A stretch of DNA of 64,000 nucleotides from an uncultured Nitrososphaerota archaeon (GTDB lineage Archaea > Thermoproteota > Nitrososphaeria > Nitrososphaerales > CADDZS01). The notes beneath the pieces were generated by a model. That model did no database searches. It saw only the letters and a program-made list of their open reading frames with translations, and had not been told where the DNA came from. The stretch is from the NCBI GenBank assembly GCA_963799845.1, contig CAWCYI010000004.1, positions 1,920,001 to 1,984,000 on the forward strand. Direction: 5' to 3'. The first letter of the stretch is position 1. Each line of letters starts with the position of its first letter. Positions 63,256-64,000 of this stretch are shown piece after piece. Both the position numbers and the translations under genes were made by a program.

Positions 63256-63411
63256 CTGAAGAATAATCCTGGCGGATTGTTTGCACAGGTCACCGCGGCG
63301 GAACCCAACGAGATCCCCGAGGCAGATTTCAGAGCCAAGCTTCCAGTCTGGTTTTCGATTCTCAAAATTGAGGAAGAAGGCTCGAGAAATTGCAAGCAAG
63401 TCTCACTCTGA
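63256..63411 (+). CDS. microprotein, paralog of 55309-55452
   Basis: hand translation: LFAQVTAAEPNEIPEADFRAKLPVWFSILKIE; start codon uncertain. Confidence 0.55.
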   Translation: MKNNPGGLFAQVTAAEPNEIPEADFRAKLPVWFSILKIEEEGSRNCKQVSL

Positions 63412-64000
63412 TCTCTGAGGTTTCTGAATGACAGTCCTGTTTCGTTTGGAAGCCTACACTTTCAACAACGCGTACGAAGTCTGGACCATCATGACAGCAT
63501 TGCCCATCCTGGCGATCCTCAGCTTACTACTTCGCCAGCCAGCTAATGTGTCGGCTTCCTTCTGATTTTCACGCTGTACATTTACGAGAAGAAGATATCT
63601 CCCGAGGCCGCAATTCAGGGATTCTTAGCCAGTCTTTTCAGAATGATCGGACTCGACCTGACAGGTGCGCCCTTTGCAGTTCCCTCGATCCTGAGTCTCA
63701 ACGGTCATCTGAATCTCTCGACCATCGCCAATACTGGTACGCGCCCTATGCTGATTTCCAGCTGATCAGCCTTCTCTCAGGTCCCTCGGGGATTGTCAAT
63801 TTCTGGCCTCATTTGTTTGTCCACGTCGCCATTCCAATAATTTTGGTGTCGATTGGTTTCCTGATCGCCCGTCCAAAGATGTTTGTGCAAATCGTCGAGA
63901 GACCCTAGATGAGAAAATCGCTGCGGCAAATGTAGGGATTCCTGATCGCCTTCCTGGGGATCCTCGGCGTTGTTACAACGGGAATCTTCGGGGCCCTGAA

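Larger units (their letters stand above)
53199..64000 (+). mobile_element. integrated element or provirus (continues past the window end)
   Basis: integrase followed by co-oriented, overlapping hypothetical genes, two MTases and a TFB-like gene; no capsid or conjugation genes recognised here. Confidence 0.75.

Overview
Archaeal DNA. The thermosome, Cdc48, TFB, TBP and DUF1512 sequences look like those of Nitrososphaerota/Thaumarchaeota (inferred from protein sequence, not searched). The window has three zones. (1) 1-27 kb: stress and basal-transcription genes (Hsp20, thermosome, Cdc48, TFB, half-TBP, TRAM, SPFH, hemerythrin, two DHA2 MFS transporters), many decayed. Four promoters share an unusual CTCGACATAG..TATA motif. 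(2) 27-53 kb: short accessory gene modules (TetR, ABC, DUF1801, DUF1214/1254, CLC plus P-type H+-ATPase, flavodoxin, VOC), separated by at least seven copies of an intergenic repeat. The repeat is built on the palindrome TTTACTAGTAAA and a GTGCG..TCCCAC..CGCAC core that resembles a tRNA-Leu 3' end. One copy is split by an IS110-family element. That element's 3' non-coding region folds like a bridge RNA and carries guides matching the repeat, and its recombinase gene is itself interrupted by a group II intron. IS3 and IS66 elements are also present. (3) 53 kb to the end: an integrated element or provirus that starts at the last repeat copy and encodes a tyrosine integrase, a ParB-MTase, a second MTase and a TFB-like protein. 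The best candidate for a new system is an integron/pdif-like array of putative att sites next to an integrase, parasitised by a bridge-RNA IS110. All calls come from reading the sequence by eye; no searches were run.
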